Shown here piece after piece: positions 25,682 to 26,387 of a DNA stretch of 26,387 nt (its first letter is position 1; the number at the start of each line of letters is the position of its first letter). The stretch is from Acidimicrobiales bacterium (GTDB lineage: Bacteria; Actinomycetota; Acidimicrobiia; Acidimicrobiales; Palsa-688). The position numbers and the translations under genes were made by a program. Location of the stretch: assembly GCA_051000755.1 (NCBI GenBank), contig JBPCNZ010000128.1, positions 1-26,387 of the forward strand. Direction: 5' to 3'. Below the pieces are notes generated by a model. It saw nothing but the letters and a program-made list of their open reading frames with translations, was not told the origin of the DNA and searched no databases.

Positions 25682-26387
25682 GTGCAACCGACCGAGTACG
25701 TCGCCATCGTGAGCGAGCAGGCGTCCCTGCTCGGCGATGTGGCCGAGGGCGCCCTCGACGTCGCCATCCCCAGCTGCCCGGAGTGGGCCATGGCCGACCT
25801 GGTCTGGCATGTGTCGGTCGTCGGTGACTTCTGGCGCCAGCTCGTCGACGGCACCATCGACTCCCCCCGGGCCTTCGGGGCCGGGGAGCGCCCCGCCGAC
25901 GGTGACCTCGTCGCCTCCTACCGGGCGGTGCTCGACCGGCTGGTGTCCACCCTGGCGGCCGCCGATCCTGCCGCCGAGGTGTGGACCTGGTCGACCGACC
26001 ACCGCGCCGGGTTCATCCAGCGGCGGATGGCCCAGGAGCTCACCGTTCACTCCTGGGACGGCCACCACGCTCGCGGTGTCGAGCAGCCCATCGACGCCGC
26101 CGTGGCCGTCGATGGCGTCGAGGAGTTCCTCGAGTTCTTCCTGCCGCAGATCCCCGTCGTCGACGTCGGCGACGGCATCCACCTGCACGGCACCGACGGC
26201 GATGACGGCGGGGAGTGGCTCATCCGGGCCGAGGACGGCGCCTGGGTCACCGAGCACCGCCACGCCAAGGGCGTCTTCGCGGCCCGGGGCCCGGCCTCGG
26301 ATCTGTTGCTGCTGCTGTGGGGGCGGGGCGAGCCCAAAGGCCTCCCGGCCCCCGGTGATGCCAAGGTCTTCTACCTATTTAAGGAGT
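25682..26387 (+). CDS. DinB/MDMPI-N-like protein (mycothiol-dependent maleylpyruvate isomerase N-terminal-domain family, TIGR03083-type), 3'-partial at window end
   Basis: My own translation from GTG 25682: VQPTEYVAIVSEQASLLGDVAEGALDVAIPSCPEWAMADLVWHVSVVGDFWRQLV...RRMAQELTVHSWDG. The CPxWxxxDLxxHV/H...ELxVH pattern is typical of this family. The ORF runs to the end of the window with no stop. Confidence 0.6.
   Translation, partial: MQPTEYVAIVSEQASLLGDVAEGALDVAIPSCPEWAMADLVWHVSVVGDFWRQLVDGTIDSPRAFGAGERPADGDLVASYRAVLDRLVSTLAAADPAAEVWTWSTDHRAGFIQRRMAQELTVHSWDGHHARGVEQPIDAAVAVDGVEEFLEFFLPQIPVVDVGDGIHLHGTDGDDGGEWLIRAEDGAWVTEHRHAKGVFAARGPASDLLLLLWGRGEPKGLPAPGDAKVFYLFKE

Noticed and set aside
25658-26263. 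201-aa minus-strand ORF
   Set aside because: Antisense to the plus-strand DinB/MDMPI-N-like gene, which runs off the window and therefore is not in the ORF track. Its composition (Gly/Asp/Val/Leu-rich) is typical shadow-frame.
1-26387. Search for CRISPR arrays, tRNA/rRNA genes, integrases or transposases
   Set aside because: No spaced direct repeats beyond the three short tandem duplications. No tRNA-like T-loop/acceptor structures in the few intergenic gaps. No recombinase or transposase-like ORFs.

Overview
This is a high-GC (~70%) actinobacterial-type chromosomal segment. It reads as a core, syntenic region with tight operons and no mobile elements, CRISPR arrays, tRNA or rRNA genes.

Genes, left to right:
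- STAS anti-sigma-factor antagonist, a tiny NfeD-like OB-fold protein, and a flotillin (SPFH) paralog.
- UvrD/PcrA-family helicase on the minus strand.
- A plus-strand operon: maf, tRNA-dihydrouridine synthase, alkyltransferase-like protein (ATL, Cys replaced by Trp), GT2 polyprenol-phosphate mannosyltransferase-like protein, and tesB (frameshifted).
- Minus-strand genes: secreted sensor-domain-like protein, hsp20, and pterin-4a-carbinolamine dehydratase.
- TetR regulator, galT and galK.
- Phosphodiester glycosidase (DUF2233-like) on the minus strand.
- A complete, translationally coupled recC-recB-recD operon.
- A small Cys-rich ORF immediately downstream of bioB (BsaP/Rv1590-like), and bioB itself, both on the minus strand.
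- A conserved hypothetical (frameshifted) and a partial DinB/MDMPI-N-like (TIGR03083-type) gene.

Main observations:
- A perfect Cheo/mycobacterial-type LexA box (CGAACgtgcGTTCG) lies in the divergent helicase/maf promoter, abutting the annotated helicase start codon.
- The ATL protein is embedded in the maf-dus operon.
- A BsaP-like zinc-ribbon ORF overlaps the recD 3' end by about 83 nt, convergently.
- The NfeD and flotillin genes both lack membrane anchors.
- Several perfect short tandem duplications are present: 15 bp at the helicase stop, 21 bp inside recC and 18 bp inside recB.
- Two single-base homopolymer frameshifts (tesB and a conserved hypothetical) suggest either sequencing error or recent pseudogenisation.

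I did not find a clear-cut novel multi-gene system such as a defence island. The findings are mostly regulatory or architectural oddities.
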